Source of the DNA: TPA_inf: Saccharomyces
Taxonomy: Eukaryota
DNA length: 64,000 nucleotides
Assembly: GCA_000146045.2 (NCBI GenBank)
Contig: BK006945.2
Span: forward strand, 320,001-384,000
Direction: 5' to 3'
The translations under genes and the position numbers were made by a program. The first letter of the stretch is position 1. Each line of letters opens with the position of its first letter. The notes under the pieces are model-generated. The model was not told the DNA's origin. It was given only the letters and a program-made list of their open reading frames with translations, and did no database searches. This document shows positions 9,764-21,809 of this stretch, piece after piece.

Positions 9764-12115
9764 TGGTTGGATTGATGCTTGTGATGTTTGTGGTGCCTGT
9801 GGTGCTTGTGGTACAGTTTTGCTGCCAGTTTGCTGCGAGTATGTAATTATGGGGTGAGCGGCATTTACATTAGGTGCTGGATTGATGGCTGGATTTGTTT
9901 TTTCGTAAGCGGCGATACTAGGCGTTGTGCTACTTGACATGTTTGCAAATGCATTATTAAACACTGGAGGTGAGACAGACTCGGTTAGTTCCCTTTTCTT
10001 TGCAAGCTCTTCGAGCCTTTTCTTTTCTTCCTTCATTTTTTTTCTTCTTTCACGGTCTTCCTGTTGTTTTCTTTGTTTGGCCCTTATTATTTTCAATTCA
10101 GGCACAAAAATGTTGCGCAGCTCAAGTTCCAAGTCCCTGATGCACCAAGCGCAGATAAAAGTGGAGCATTCAGACAGCGGTTTGCGTTTATCAGTAGGTC
10201 TTGAAGACTTGGTGCTGGGTTCAAGTGTGGATTGGGGTCTGCGAGAAGACCTTCTATTGCCGTGCGAATTTCCCATTATGATGACGCCAAAATCACGTTG
10301 CGACAGCGTGTGCTGTGGGGATTTTGTGGTTGAAGATATAAGCTCTATAATTTTTGGAGGTTGGCATTCCCAATGCTGCCACCTGTAACAATGATCACAG
10401 CATATCAATGGGCGGTTATTGAAGAGGTCAGTCTCCGTGTCTTCGGTGATAATCATGGGCGCCAGCTCTGGTTCGCCCGGACATTGGAAAACAGAATCTT
10501 GGTTGTCGGGCTCTTGCTGCGGAGTAAAGATCCCGTAGTTGGCAAGCTCATCTAGCTCTTCCTTTGTTATGCAGAAGTCACTAGGCAATTCAGGGACGTC
10601 TCCCGTCTGTAGTGGCCCAACAGTTCCAGGAATTGGTGGTTCCACCGGGATTATACTAGATTGAAAGTTAGGGCCGTGATCAAGAACTCCGATATCGATT
10701 TCATTTAAGGGATTGTCCTCCTCCCTGCCCAAAGACGTTTCAAAAAACGGTGTACCAGAACCACTTCTATCTTTGAGCTCGTTACGCCTGGTCAATTTTT
10801 CATCTCTATAATCTTGATCGTACAATTGCCACAATTGGTTCCAAAGAAGATCTTTTATCTTTTTGATTTCCTTCGACACTAGCTTGTTTCTGTGCCTTAT
10901 AAATTGTTCTCTTTCATCTAGTTTTTCAAACCACTCACTTTCCAAGTCTTTTTTCTTGTTTTCTTCCTCTTTCGCTACCAGTCTCGAAGATCTTTTCCTC
11001 CTTGTCATTAGCTCCGCAATTGCTCTCTCCTTTTCTCTGTTGGCCAAAAGTTTTGCCGAATATAGTCTATGTTCGGCATACACCGGTATTAAGTTAGTTA
11101 TGAACTCATCTATGGCTTTCGAACTTTTATTCTCTGACCAGTATTCTAGCATGGACCCCCAATTAGTTGTAATCACATCATAATCAATTGTAATCGATTG
11201 AAGATATGCATCGATATCGTGAGAGTACTCGAGATGAATAAGCTCCACTGAATCAGGAATGTCTGGGTCGCTTTCTTTTATAGTACAGTTCTGTAGTTTT
11301 ATTGGGATATTCAGAGTTTGAGAGACTTGGGAGGAAGAGCCTTCTTTTACTCTGTGAATGGTTTTCTTTACGAGTACACCAACATTGGGTAAGGCAAACA
11401 AGCTCTTCATTTCCTCCCCTCCACTATTATCATCATCCAGTATAACTTCACTAAACGTAAACAGATGCAAGTTATTCGCTAAGTAGTTTTTGAAGATCAT
11501 ATTTTTCATTTCAATTAATTTTATGATACTGTAAATGATGTCGAATTGGCGTGCAATTTCAAGCTCCAAAAAAGGTAAGTCCGTAACCAAATCTGAATAC
11601 GCGCTCGAGTTTTGCAAGTGATGGTTAACTATAACATTCCAATCTTTCAATTGCCCGCTTTTATTTCCCGCTAATTGATGCAATAATTGCAATCTAATTC
11701 TGTCGTACAAATTTTGCGATCCTTCATCTACGTCGACTTCATCATTGTAATAGTTCGAGTCCTTCCCGTCTATCTTCGAAAATACGTCAGTTACAAATAC
11801 ACCTTCATCGAATTTGATATTCTTCCACAAGCATTTGGTAGAGCTACCGCCATACTGGTCAGTATTAAATGTCGTTGTAGTATATGATTCGCAGACATTG
11901 GAAAGCCAAGCCATCACATACTGGAAGTGCCAGTGATTGGCCAAGTCCGCGATCTTCTCATCTAATATTTCAGAATACGGCAGCTGGTGCTTGTTCAATT
12001 GGGCTATTATGTCTTCGGAGACATATTCTTTCCAGTCTTCACTATCCGCATTCGCAGCGCCGGCAGGCATGCTCGCTCCTACATTTCTTGTACCCCTAGT
12101 TCTCTTCGTTCTCAT
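9677..12115 (-). CDS. IOC2: ISW1b chromatin-remodelling complex subunit; PHD-like Cys/His cluster; C-terminal poly-Gln
   Basis: The ORF-track start at 12181 is a TTG. The first ATG is at 12115-12113 (M23 of the track protein), giving 812 aa, which is the size of YLR095C. A CCDHCYRWQHWEC Cys/His cluster is present. The sequence ends ...QQQQQQQQQQQPLHPKEQNFHFQFPPTN. Confidence 0.8.
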
Positions 12116-12589
12116 CGATCGCTGATTCACCGCTTTGTATCTATATATGATTAGCCAGTGTGTATGAGTAAAATAGAGCAATTGATCTAGTTTCTTAGTC
12201 GTGTCACTATTGAATAAATAAATGTTAATGTTGCTGGAAAGGAAGAATTATGTCACTTTTGACGCTCTCGCATTCCGTGTGCGGTGATAGCGGTAACTTG
12301 GTCTAGCAACGAAAATTTAAAAAGGTTGGAAAAGGAAAAGAAGAGCTCAAGTGGACCTAGAAGTCCTGCTTTGCCACCGTTTAAGCAAGGAATAGAGCAC
12401 GCCGTTGACACAAATTCACAGTCAAGGACGGGCCACGAGAACTTTATTACAAAATATACTGCATTACACGAAATTCAGCGGAACTCTGAGCGCGAACAGC
12501 ATTAGGTACCGAGAAACGCTTTTCAAAAGAAATTTCTAAAAGTTTTATTGTGCCATTAATATCGCGGCTCAATTGTTAAGTATTTCACT

Positions 12590-15500
12590 ATGCCTAATCC
12601 GAATACAGCAGATTACTTGGTGAATCCAAATTTCAGGACCAGTAAGGGCGGATCTTTATCGCCGACGCCAGAAGCTTTCAACGACACGCGAGTTGCTGCA
12701 CCAGCCACTCTTCGCATGATGGGCAAGCAATCTGGACCAAGAAATGACCAGCAACAAGCACCACTGATGCCTCCTGCAGATATCAAACAGGGCAAGGAAC
12801 AGGCAGCTCAGAGACAAAATGATGCATCGAGGCCTAATGGCGCCGTGGAATTAAGGCAATTTCATAGAAGATCTTTGGGAGATTGGGAGTTCCTTGAAAC
12901 GGTTGGCGCAGGCTCTATGGGTAAAGTTAAATTGGTCAAGCATCGTCAAACAAAGGAAATTTGTGTAATAAAGATTGTTAATAGGGCTTCCAAGGCTTAT
13001 CTCCATAAACAGCACTCTTTACCTTCCCCAAAGAATGAGAGTGAGATATTAGAAAGACAAAAGCGGTTAGAAAAAGAAATTGCGAGGGATAAAAGGACTG
13101 TTAGGGAAGCCTCTTTGGGCCAAATCCTTTACCATCCTCATATCTGTCGTTTATTTGAAATGTGCACTATGTCAAACCATTTTTATATGCTTTTTGAATA
13201 CGTTTCCGGTGGACAGCTGTTAGATTATATTATTCAGCATGGCTCATTAAAGGAACACCATGCGAGGAAATTTGCCAGAGGTATAGCTAGTGCGCTGCAA
13301 TACTTACATGCCAATAATATTGTTCATCGAGATCTGAAAATTGAGAATATAATGATATCTAGTTCAGGTGAAATTAAGATCATTGATTTTGGTCTTTCCA
13401 ACATTTTTGATTATAGGAAACAATTACATACGTTTTGTGGTTCCTTGTACTTTGCAGCACCAGAACTATTAAAAGCGCAGCCATACACAGGACCTGAGGT
13501 AGATATTTGGTCGTTTGGTATTGTTCTTTATGTCTTGGTCTGCGGTAAAGTACCATTTGATGATGAGAACTCAAGCATTTTACATGAAAAAATAAAAAAA
13601 GGTAAAGTAGACTATCCTTCACACTTATCCATTGAAGTTATATCTTTATTAACCAGGATGATTGTTGTCGACCCATTAAGAAGAGCAACATTAAAGAATG
13701 TCGTTGAGCATCCATGGATGAACAGAGGATACGATTTTAAGGCTCCATCATATGTTCCTAATCGTGTTCCATTAACCCCTGAAATGATAGATAGCCAAGT
13801 TCTGAAGGAAATGTATCGCCTAGAATTTATTGACGATATTGAAGATACAAGAAGATCATTGATCCGATTAGTAACTGAAAAGGAATACATCCAACTTTCC
13901 CAAGAATACTGGGACAAATTATCCAACGCCAAGGGGTTGAGTTCAAGTTTAAATAATAACTACCTAAATTCAACGGCACAACAAACCTTAATACAAAATC
14001 ATATTACAAGTAATCCATCGCAAAGTGGTTATAATGAACCAGATAGTAATTTTGAAGATCCTACTTTAGCATATCATCCATTACTATCAATATATCACTT
14101 GGTTTCAGAAATGGTTGCACGGAAATTAGCGAAGTTGCAAAGAAGGCAAGCATTGGCCCTGCAAGCGCAAGCTCAGCAAAGGCAACAACAGCAACAAGTA
14201 GCACTTGGCACTAAGGTCGCCTTAAATAATAACTCCCCGGATATTATGACCAAAATGAGGAGCCCTCAGAAAGAAGTAGTACCTAATCCTGGTATTTTTC
14301 AAGTGCCGGCAATTGGAACATCGGGAACCTCAAACAACACTAATACCTCAAACAAACCTCCACTGCATGTAATGGTTCCTCCTAAACTAACAATACCGGA
14401 ACAAGCGCATACTTCTCCAACATCTAGGAAGAGTTCCGACATTCATACGGAATTAAATGGTGTTTTGAAATCAACACCAGTCCCCGTGTCTGGCGAATAT
14501 CAGCAACGTTCTGCTTCACCCGTAGTAGGTGAACATCAGGAAAAGAATACAATAGGCGGCATATTCAGAAGAATATCACAAAGTGGACAATCTCAGCATC
14601 CCACACGGCAACAGGAACCTCTTCCAGAAAGAGAACCTCCAACATATATGTCAAAATCAAATGAAATTTCCATCAAAGTACCGAAAAGCCATAGTCGTAC
14701 TATATCAGATTATATTCCTAGCGCTAGAAGATATCCATCTTACGTGCCAAATTCTGTTGATGTAAAACAGAAACCCGCTAAAAACACTACCATAGCACCT
14801 CCTATAAGGTCAGTATCACAAAAGCAAAACAGTGATCTTCCAGCTTTACCTCAGAACGCCGAACTAATTGTTCAAAAACAACGGCAAAAACTATTACAGG
14901 AAAATCTCGACAAATTACAAATTAATGATAATGATAACAACAATGTGAACGCTGTAGTCGATGGTATCAATAATGATAATAGTGACCATTATCTCTCCGT
15001 TCCGAAGGGTCGTAAGTTACATCCTAGTGCAAGGGCTAAATCGGTGGGGCATGCTCGTCGTGAATCTTTGAAATTTACTAGGCCGCCTATACCAGCAGCC
15101 CTTCCGCCATCAGATATGACAAACGATAACGGCTTTTTGGGAGAGGCAAACAAGGAGAGATACAATCCTGTTAGCAGTAACTTTTCGACCGTTCCTGAAG
15201 ATTCTACCACATACAGTAACGATACTAACAATAGACTGACTTCGGTGTATTCTCAGGAGCTTACTGAGAAGCAAATTTTGGAGGAAGCTTCAAAGGCACC
15301 CCCCGGGTCTATGCCATCAATTGATTATCCAAAGTCAATGTTTTTGAAGGGTTTTTTCTCTGTACAAACAACCTCCTCTAAACCATTGCCTATTGTTCGT
15401 CACAATATCATATCTGTTTTAACAAGAATGAATATTGATTTCAAAGAAGTGAAAGGCGGGTTCATATGTGTCCAACAAAGGCCATCTATTGAGACTGCAG

Positions 15501-16033
15501 CTGTCCCTGTTATAACCACTACTGGCGTGGGTTTGGATTCCGGAAAGGCGATGGATCTGCAAAATAGTTTAGACAGTCAATTATCATCCAGTTACCATAG
15601 TACAGCGTCCTCAGCATCAAGAAATAGTTCGATAAAACGCCAAGGTTCTTATAAGAGGGGCCAGAATAATATACCACTAACACCTTTAGCGACCAATACA
15701 CATCAAAGAAATTCATCTATCCCAATGTCTCCAAACTACGGAAACCAAAGTAATGGTACATCAGGGGAACTATCTTCCATGTCATTAGATTATGTTCAAC
15801 AACAGGATGATATTTTAACAACATCAAGAGCCCAAAATATAAATAACGTAAATGGTCAAACAGAGCAAACCAATACTTCTGGTATAAAAGAAAGGCCTCC
15901 TATTAAATTTGAGATTCACATTGTAAAGGTTCGTATCGTCGGCCTAGCAGGTGTACATTTCAAAAAGGTTTCTGGTAATACGTGGCTATATAAAGAATTG
16001 GCATCGTATATTTTAAAAGAATTAAACCTATAG
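12590..16033 (+). CDS. KIN2: Ser/Thr protein kinase of the MARK/PAR-1/Kin1 family with C-terminal KA1-like domain
   Basis: The 1147-aa ORF has a kinase domain ([10 protein letters not shown] Gly-loop, HRDLKIEN catalytic loop, DFG, APE). It has a long low-complexity middle and a C-terminal KFEIHIVKV...ILKELNL segment. Confidence 0.9.
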
Positions 16034-16230
16034 ATACGTTGTTCTTACTAAATATTTCAACGTGTGTCTTTCAATTTTTATTATCTAATATTTATCTTTT
16101 TTTAATATTATAGTATAATTTATTTAAGCTGAGATCTGCTTTCTTTAATCTTTCATATGATGAAATAATAGTTCTACATAAATCTATAAGAATAATAAAT
16201 AAAGTAAAACAACTGCAAAAAACATCGATG

Positions 16231-17265
16231 TCATCCAGGATCCTTGAAAGATTTCACTCTGGAGAAGAAAAAAGATTTCTCATTTCTCAACGAACAGTTA
16301 GATGCATTCCCTTCCTTATCCACTACAATTGAACTTAGCCATTTCAACCGTTGATATCTCTTATTGCCTTGATTCTTGATTTGGAATTCTTCGATAAACG
16401 TATACTTTTCATCTGACCTTGTTATCTTTAAATGACCAAAATCATAATCAAATCCGAGGCTCCAATAACACATATGACTATGCCTGGGTTTGTTCTCTTT
16501 GGAGAAGTGCTTCACGACAGCGCTAGGTTCATCTGTAGAAAGTAATCTCAAACATTGGCCGTTCTCATAAAATCTGAAATACCTGTAATAGGTGATCATG
16601 TGAACTGGCTTTAAAAGAGATAACGAACTTTCTGCATTGGAACCGTATCTTACATAATTTACTACACTGATGTAAACACCTTCGAATTTAATATATGGCC
16701 TTTCCCTTAACATACGATAATCATCACCCCGCCATATTTCCTTTTCAAAGGTATTTATATCGGTGATTCCGTTAAGATCCATTGCCATTTTGTCGTATAT
16801 TTGCTTAGAATATATGTACTTCGCGAAAGTTTTAAATGGCACAGAATCGTGGAAGCAAAGCTTGCTAAAGGTGGAACAAGTCATCGACAAATTCACCCAA
16901 GATTCACCAGACATTAATATAACTTTTTTAATAATTCTCAGTAAAATGTCGTCAGGCAAGATTTCCAGAATCCAGCAGGGTTGAAGTTCAGCATTTTCTT
17001 CAACAGATAAGTCATCTTTACCGGTTTCATTTTGTTCATCTGGAGCATCAGTAGTCATTGATAATCCCGATAGTTTTTTGTGCAGCATCCACTCATCAAG
17101 TATTTTTTTTCTGTACAGTGATTCCACATTATCATGGATTTTCAATGCACTTCGATAGAAGTTTATAGCATCTGACATTGACCCATCCTTCTCTTTCAGT
17201 ACACCTTTTTCCCAAATAGCAATAGCCTCTTTAGCCCTAGGGTCCTTTTCATAATCTACTATCAT
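16231..17265 (-). CDS. HRT3: F-box protein, putative SCF substrate adaptor
   Basis: The 344-aa ORF contains an F-box-like LQPCWILEILPDDILLRIIKKVI segment. It matches YLR097C in size and position. Confidence 0.8.
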   Translation of the reverse strand: MIVDYEKDPRAKEAIAIWEKGVLKEKDGSMSDAINFYRSALKIHDNVESLYRKKILDEWMLHKKLSGLSMTTDAPDEQNETGKDDLSVEENAELQPCWILEILPDDILLRIIKKVILMSGESWVNLSMTCSTFSKLCFHDSVPFKTFAKYIYSKQIYDKMAMDLNGITDINTFEKEIWRGDDYRMLRERPYIKFEGVYISVVNYVRYGSNAESSLSLLKPVHMITYYRYFRFYENGQCLRLLSTDEPSAVVKHFSKENKPRHSHMCYWSLGFDYDFGHLKITRSDEKYTFIEEFQIKNQGNKRYQRLKWLSSIVVDKEGNASNCSLRNEKSFFFSRVKSFKDPG

Positions 17266-17526
17266 TTGCTCCTTGAGTTTAGCTTATGGAACACATGTGT
17301 CGTCGCCAAAGATGATGGGGAATGTTTGCTTTTATCTTGCTCAGTCGATTTCGCTATCTAGGAACTACAATCCTTTTTTTTGTCATTTGGAAGGCTCTTT
17401 AAAATTCCGAATCGATAAGTTCGGAGGTGGGAAAGGATAGCGGTATATTCCTTCCCAAATAAAAAGGCTACAAACACATTACATAAAGAATATTTGTTCA
17501 AGTAAACATATCCTCTTCACTCAAGA

Positions 17527-19473
17527 TTACTTCGACAAACCATCATTGGTGTTTCCACCAATCAGCATATCAATCTCATTCAATAAAGTAAAGTCAAAAT
17601 TGTACTCTAAGGCAAAATCGTTACCGTGAGATAGAGTCCCTAATAAATCCATAGTTTCTGAATTATGCAAAGCATCTTCAGAGTTTTCTATGAATTTTCT
17701 AGCAAGTTCGTAATTCAGGGTAGGCGCACTTAAAAAATTTAAGAAGTCTTGTTTTCTATCCTTTTTAATCAAGTTGGACTTCATGCATTGGATGGCTAAA
17801 ATCGCAGAATAAATCATGTAAATTGTGGCCTTCTCAAACGTCTTAAATTTATTTTTCCAAACTTTTAAAAGATAATACAGTTCATCAACATAACCTTCAA
17901 CCAATTCCCGGCTTTGTTTGATTTCGTATATGAAAGGTTTATTATAGGAAATTAGCACGATATAGTAATGAAACCATACGTAAGCTATGGTTGGGTTAAA
18001 ATCTGTCATTTCCATCAATGACCTCTTGGTCCATTGTAGTTCAGGGGGCAAATCCCTTCTCCAATTGTATACCTCCAGATTAAATTTGGCCAAGTATTCA
18101 CTCCTTTGAAGTAGAGTTTCGTTTGGGCTGAAAATCTTGGATGCAAAAATCTCCGTTATTCTCGATAACACAATCAGTTTCTTCAAGGGGTTTGCAGTGG
18201 ACAATATTACTTTTGGGTCATATATGTACTCCTCTATACCAGTCTCAATTTCAGGTAGCTCGTCTGTTTCTGGAACAGTGGAATTGGACAAACGCAAGGA
18301 AGTTGATCTTCCAAAGAGGATCGCTATTAAATGATCAGCAATGTAGCAGCCCCAATAAATTCTACTTCTCACTTCAAAATCCATTATTGACAGCTCGTCT
18401 TCATAAACATTACTCCATGCTTCTGGATTCAAATGTAGGCCGATTTCGTGGGCAATCCTAAATGCCAGCCCAGAAAGATACCAAGCCATGGGGTTTTCTC
18501 CGCTTCCAATGTCATAAAATGCCAAACACAATAGAGTCTGGATGATTGCTAATTTCGAAGAGGACGACGATTCAGCTAACGAAGAATCTTCCAGTTGAAA
18601 AATTTTTTTGAGTACTATCGTCTTGGCTCTTTGATAAAACACTTCAGATTGTTGAAAAAGCTCAGTTTCTGATTTGTATGAAATCAAAGATCCCAATGCA
18701 GCGATTGCAAATACCAATTCTTCGGAACAATAGTAACTTTTAGTGTTAGTATCACCGAAGAAAGCACTTAAGAAAGTTTCTCTATGAATGAAAAGGTAAT
18801 GTCCCGGGTATAGCCATTTGAAAAAGAGTGACAACGATCTTAAGATAAGGGGACTTCTTGATAAATTTTTTAGGCTGACCTGCTGTTGCTGATATCTTGT
18901 GCTTCCATCCGTCTTCTTTTTTATTATAGACAAGGAATTTGATGGATATATACTATTTGTGCCAACTGGTGGAGGGCTCTCGGAAGGCATTTTCTTGGTG
19001 AACGCATCAGACTCATTCTCATCGTTGCTTTCAGATGATGGTAGTGCTGATTGTGCTGTTTCGCCATACTTTAAGATTTTTTCATTAGGAGCATCACCAT
19101 GATCACTGTTGTTTTTTAACGAGGAGAGAGCATTGCTAGCAATTGTGGAAGACGAGGAACTTAATATTTGCAACTGTTCTTTCAAAGACCGAATCTGGCT
19201 CTGTAAAGCTTCTACGTAAGTCGTAGAATATCTTTTGTTCCTTAAGTCTTGTTGAGTGAATACACATTCGGTACGAAACTTGATACAGTTTGAACAAGGC
19301 TTTTCCATGTTACATTTCCTTCTTCTTCTACGGCAATTCTGGCATGCTAGTTTTCTCTTCCTGGGCACGTTGTTATTATTCTGGTCATTATCTGTCACAG
19401 ATTTCTTTAAACTGGACGGAAGGGAGGGTGTTACCGTTGTTGTTAAAGGTGGAGGTGAAGGCTCCAACATCAT
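17527..19473 (-). CDS. CHA4: Zn(II)2Cys6 binuclear-cluster transcription activator (Ser/Thr catabolism)
   Basis: The 648-aa ORF has an N-terminal CQNCRRRRRKCNMEKPCSNCIKFRTEC (Cx2Cx6Cx6Cx2Cx6C) motif followed by a coiled-coil and a fungal TF middle homology region. Confidence 0.85.
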   Translation of the reverse strand: MMLEPSPPPLTTTVTPSLPSSLKKSVTDNDQNNNNVPRKRKLACQNCRRRRRKCNMEKPCSNCIKFRTECVFTQQDLRNKRYSTTYVEALQSQIRSLKEQLQILSSSSSTIASNALSSLKNNSDHGDAPNEKILKYGETAQSALPSSESNDENESDAFTKKMPSESPPPVGTNSIYPSNSLSIIKKKTDGSTRYQQQQVSLKNLSRSPLILRSLSLFFKWLYPGHYLFIHRETFLSAFFGDTNTKSYYCSEELVFAIAALGSLISYKSETELFQQSEVFYQRAKTIVLKKIFQLEDSSLAESSSSSKLAIIQTLLCLAFYDIGSGENPMAWYLSGLAFRIAHEIGLHLNPEAWSNVYEDELSIMDFEVRSRIYWGCYIADHLIAILFGRSTSLRLSNSTVPETDELPEIETGIEEYIYDPKVILSTANPLKKLIVLSRITEIFASKIFSPNETLLQRSEYLAKFNLEVYNWRRDLPPELQWTKRSLMEMTDFNPTIAYVWFHYYIVLISYNKPFIYEIKQSRELVEGYVDELYYLLKVWKNKFKTFEKATIYMIYSAILAIQCMKSNLIKKDRKQDFLNFLSAPTLNYELARKFIENSEDALHNSETMDLLGTLSHGNDFALEYNFDFTLLNEIDMLIGGNTNDGLSK

Positions 19474-19743
19474 TGCTGCGATTGTGTAGAGCTTCGAGTT
19501 TTAAAAGGGCTATTTTTGAAAACTTACGGCGATGTCAACTTGTTGATTTTGCTTTGTTTCGTTCGGGATGGATCGGAACATCCGCTCACATATGAGAGGT
19601 TTACACTCTTGATGTATATGTTGCTCTATCTTGTATACGGTTAAGTAAAGTGATGTATTATGTATATGTATGTATTTATATATATATATATATATATGCG
19701 TGGTTTTCCATATTGTATTTTTCTTCTCTACTCTATATAGGCA

Positions 19744-20928
19744 TTACTTTGACAGGAACGAGACTAAAGAAGAGGCAAAGTGCTGCGGGTTGTCCAGGAA
19801 AAGATTATGGCCAGCATCAGGGACTTCAACGTAGCTAGCCTTTGCCTTGTTTTTTAGCATTGATTCAGTAGTCAAGTAGCCCGCATATTTATCCATCCAA
19901 TCGTGCTCGCCATACATGAACATGACAGGCGTTGCTGGGTTCAAAAAACGAACGTTGTTTATTATCGGATCTCTAGCGATCAGATTCCTTTCAAACAAAT
20001 GGGTGAACACCTTGATTGTCTGTGGTTGCACCGTCTGGTTCTTCCCGACAAATGAGTGCAAAAGATAGTCCTTATATATCTGATCCGGAACTTTTACGTA
20101 TGCGGTGGAGATGTAGTTCGAGCACAATTTGGAGCCTATGGGTCCCATCCACTTCAAAACGTTTAGCTGGTTTTCAAAGATAAACCGCGGTACGTTCAGC
20201 TTTCTTGTATAATATCGGGACGATGGGTCGGTAAACGTAAGTGGATAGGTGGTGTTGGGCTCCCATTTGTGGGTGATAGCATGTATACTGTTTTCCACAC
20301 CAAGAGGAGATATGAGACACAGTTTCTCAATGGAATCAGGGTACTTGAGGGCGTATTTGAATGAAATATATCCTCCGAATGAATGGCCCACCACGTTTAT
20401 TTTGCGAAGCTTGTTATCCTTCCGCCATTGCTCTATCCTGTCTACGAAGTAGCTTTCGTACTGCTCCAGGTGTGACTTGATGTCCTCTGCTGGGGGGCGC
20501 TTCTCTATCACAGGGATTACTACGTCATCTTCTATATGCTTAAACCTGAGAGACTTGATCTTCTTGGTTTTGTTCACTTGCAATGCTGGCGCCTCTGAGG
20601 CACCATTGGCTGGCAAGTCGATGGCATATAGATCTTTAATGTTGTCTGACAGGTTCTCAAACGTCCTGTAGAACGCCATCGACGAGGCAGCGTATCCATG
20701 GATTAGTACTGTAGGCGTGCACACTTTGTTCGCACGCTTATTGTGGAAATGCCACTGGTTAATCCCGCCTGGAGTCATCGTGTTATTAACGGACCCACGC
20801 ACAGTGGTGCTATCCATAATTTGCTGCTGCAGGGCCTTCAGGCCCTGCACGCTAGCACACACCTTGGCGTCTGCAGTAGTGGTCTCCTTCTCAGTTTTGC
20901 TGCACCATTTGAAAGTGTTTGTCCACAT
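19744..20928 (-). CDS. ICT1: alpha/beta-hydrolase-fold lysophosphatidic acid acyltransferase (GHSFGG nucleophile elbow; C-terminal HxxxxD: GHNLFLD)
   Basis: The ORF track starts at a GTG at 21027. The first ATG is at 20928-20926 (M34), giving 394 aa, which matches YLR099C. GxSxG and HX4D motifs are present. Confidence 0.85.
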   Translation of the reverse strand: MWTNTFKWCSKTEKETTTADAKVCASVQGLKALQQQIMDSTTVRGSVNNTMTPGGINQWHFHNKRANKVCTPTVLIHGYAASSMAFYRTFENLSDNIKDLYAIDLPANGASEAPALQVNKTKKIKSLRFKHIEDDVVIPVIEKRPPAEDIKSHLEQYESYFVDRIEQWRKDNKLRKINVVGHSFGGYISFKYALKYPDSIEKLCLISPLGVENSIHAITHKWEPNTTYPLTFTDPSSRYYTRKLNVPRFIFENQLNVLKWMGPIGSKLCSNYISTAYVKVPDQIYKDYLLHSFVGKNQTVQPQTIKVFTHLFERNLIARDPIINNVRFLNPATPVMFMYGEHDWMDKYAGYLTTESMLKNKAKASYVEVPDAGHNLFLDNPQHFASSLVSFLSK

Positions 20929-21324
20929 TCTACTGAAGAAAACTACGCTTACGTATGTATATGTCCTGAACAATGAGAGAAAGACCTGCGAATATACTTC
21001 TACTACTCCACGTACAAAAAAGAGCACGCTGCTTTATTTATACTTTTGTGCCACAAGAATGATCAACATCAACATAAATATCAACTAGTATCTGCAACAC
21101 ATCTGCTCCACGGAACTAAACCCGTTGAGCAGTGCCCCGTGGAAACGTAAACTATCGCAAATTGGGATTAACAAGCCAAAAACAGCCAAGCAAGATTCAC
21201 GAAACCGCGCCTCGTTTGGACCCCGAAGGCCCATTTAACGGCCGGCCGTTACAAGCAAGATCGGCAGAGCAAACCACTCCCCAGCACCACAGCACATCAC
21301 TGCACGAGCAACAATAACTAGAAC

Positions 21325-21588
21325 ATGGCAGATAGCGAGGATACCTCTGTGATCCTGCAGGGCATCGACACAATCAACAGCGTGGAGGGCCTGGAAGAAG
21401 ATGGTTACCTCAGCGACGAGGACACGTCACTCAGCAACGAGCTCGCAGATGCACAGCGTCAATGGGAAGAGTCGCTGCAACAGTTGAACAAGCTGCTCAA
21501 CTGGGTCCTGCTGCCCCTGCTGGGCAAGTATATAGGTAGGAGAATGGCCAAGACTCTATGGAGTAGGTTCATTGAACACTTTGTATAA
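21325..21588 (+). CDS. MIM2: Small mitochondrial outer-membrane import protein (87 aa, single TM near the C-terminus)
   Basis: The 87-aa ORF has an acidic N-terminus and a hydrophobic LLNWVLLPLLGKYIG segment. It matches YLR099W-A in size and position between ICT1 and ERG27. Confidence 0.65.
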   Translation: MADSEDTSVILQGIDTINSVEGLEEDGYLSDEDTSLSNELADAQRQWEESLQQLNKLLNWVLLPLLGKYIGRRMAKTLWSRFIEHFV

Positions 21589-21809
21589 GTGTTTGTTGTT
21601 TATGTATCCGCATATAGCAGTTATAACAGATAAATGGCACTTTTCGCACACCCGTTGTTTTATCTCCGATAGTACGTGGGCCTTTATTTATGGTCGTTTA
21701 ACGAAAGAACGGCATCTTGAATTGAGCAGGTATTTAAAAGATAGGACGAGAAACAAGCACATGATCTGTGTCGAAAAAAAGTAGCAAAGAGAAAAAGTAG
21801 GAGGATAGG

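Noticed and set aside
12284-12505. 73-aa ORF in the IOC2/KIN2 divergent intergenic region (possible uORF or small protein)
   Set aside because: It has no codon bias or motif and lies in a promoter region. It is most likely a chance ORF.
19650-19700. (TA)n microsatellites at 19679-19697, 3405-3418 and (GT)6 at 3511-3524
   Set aside because: They are short simple repeats in intergenic AT-rich DNA, common in yeast promoters and terminators, and not individually notable.
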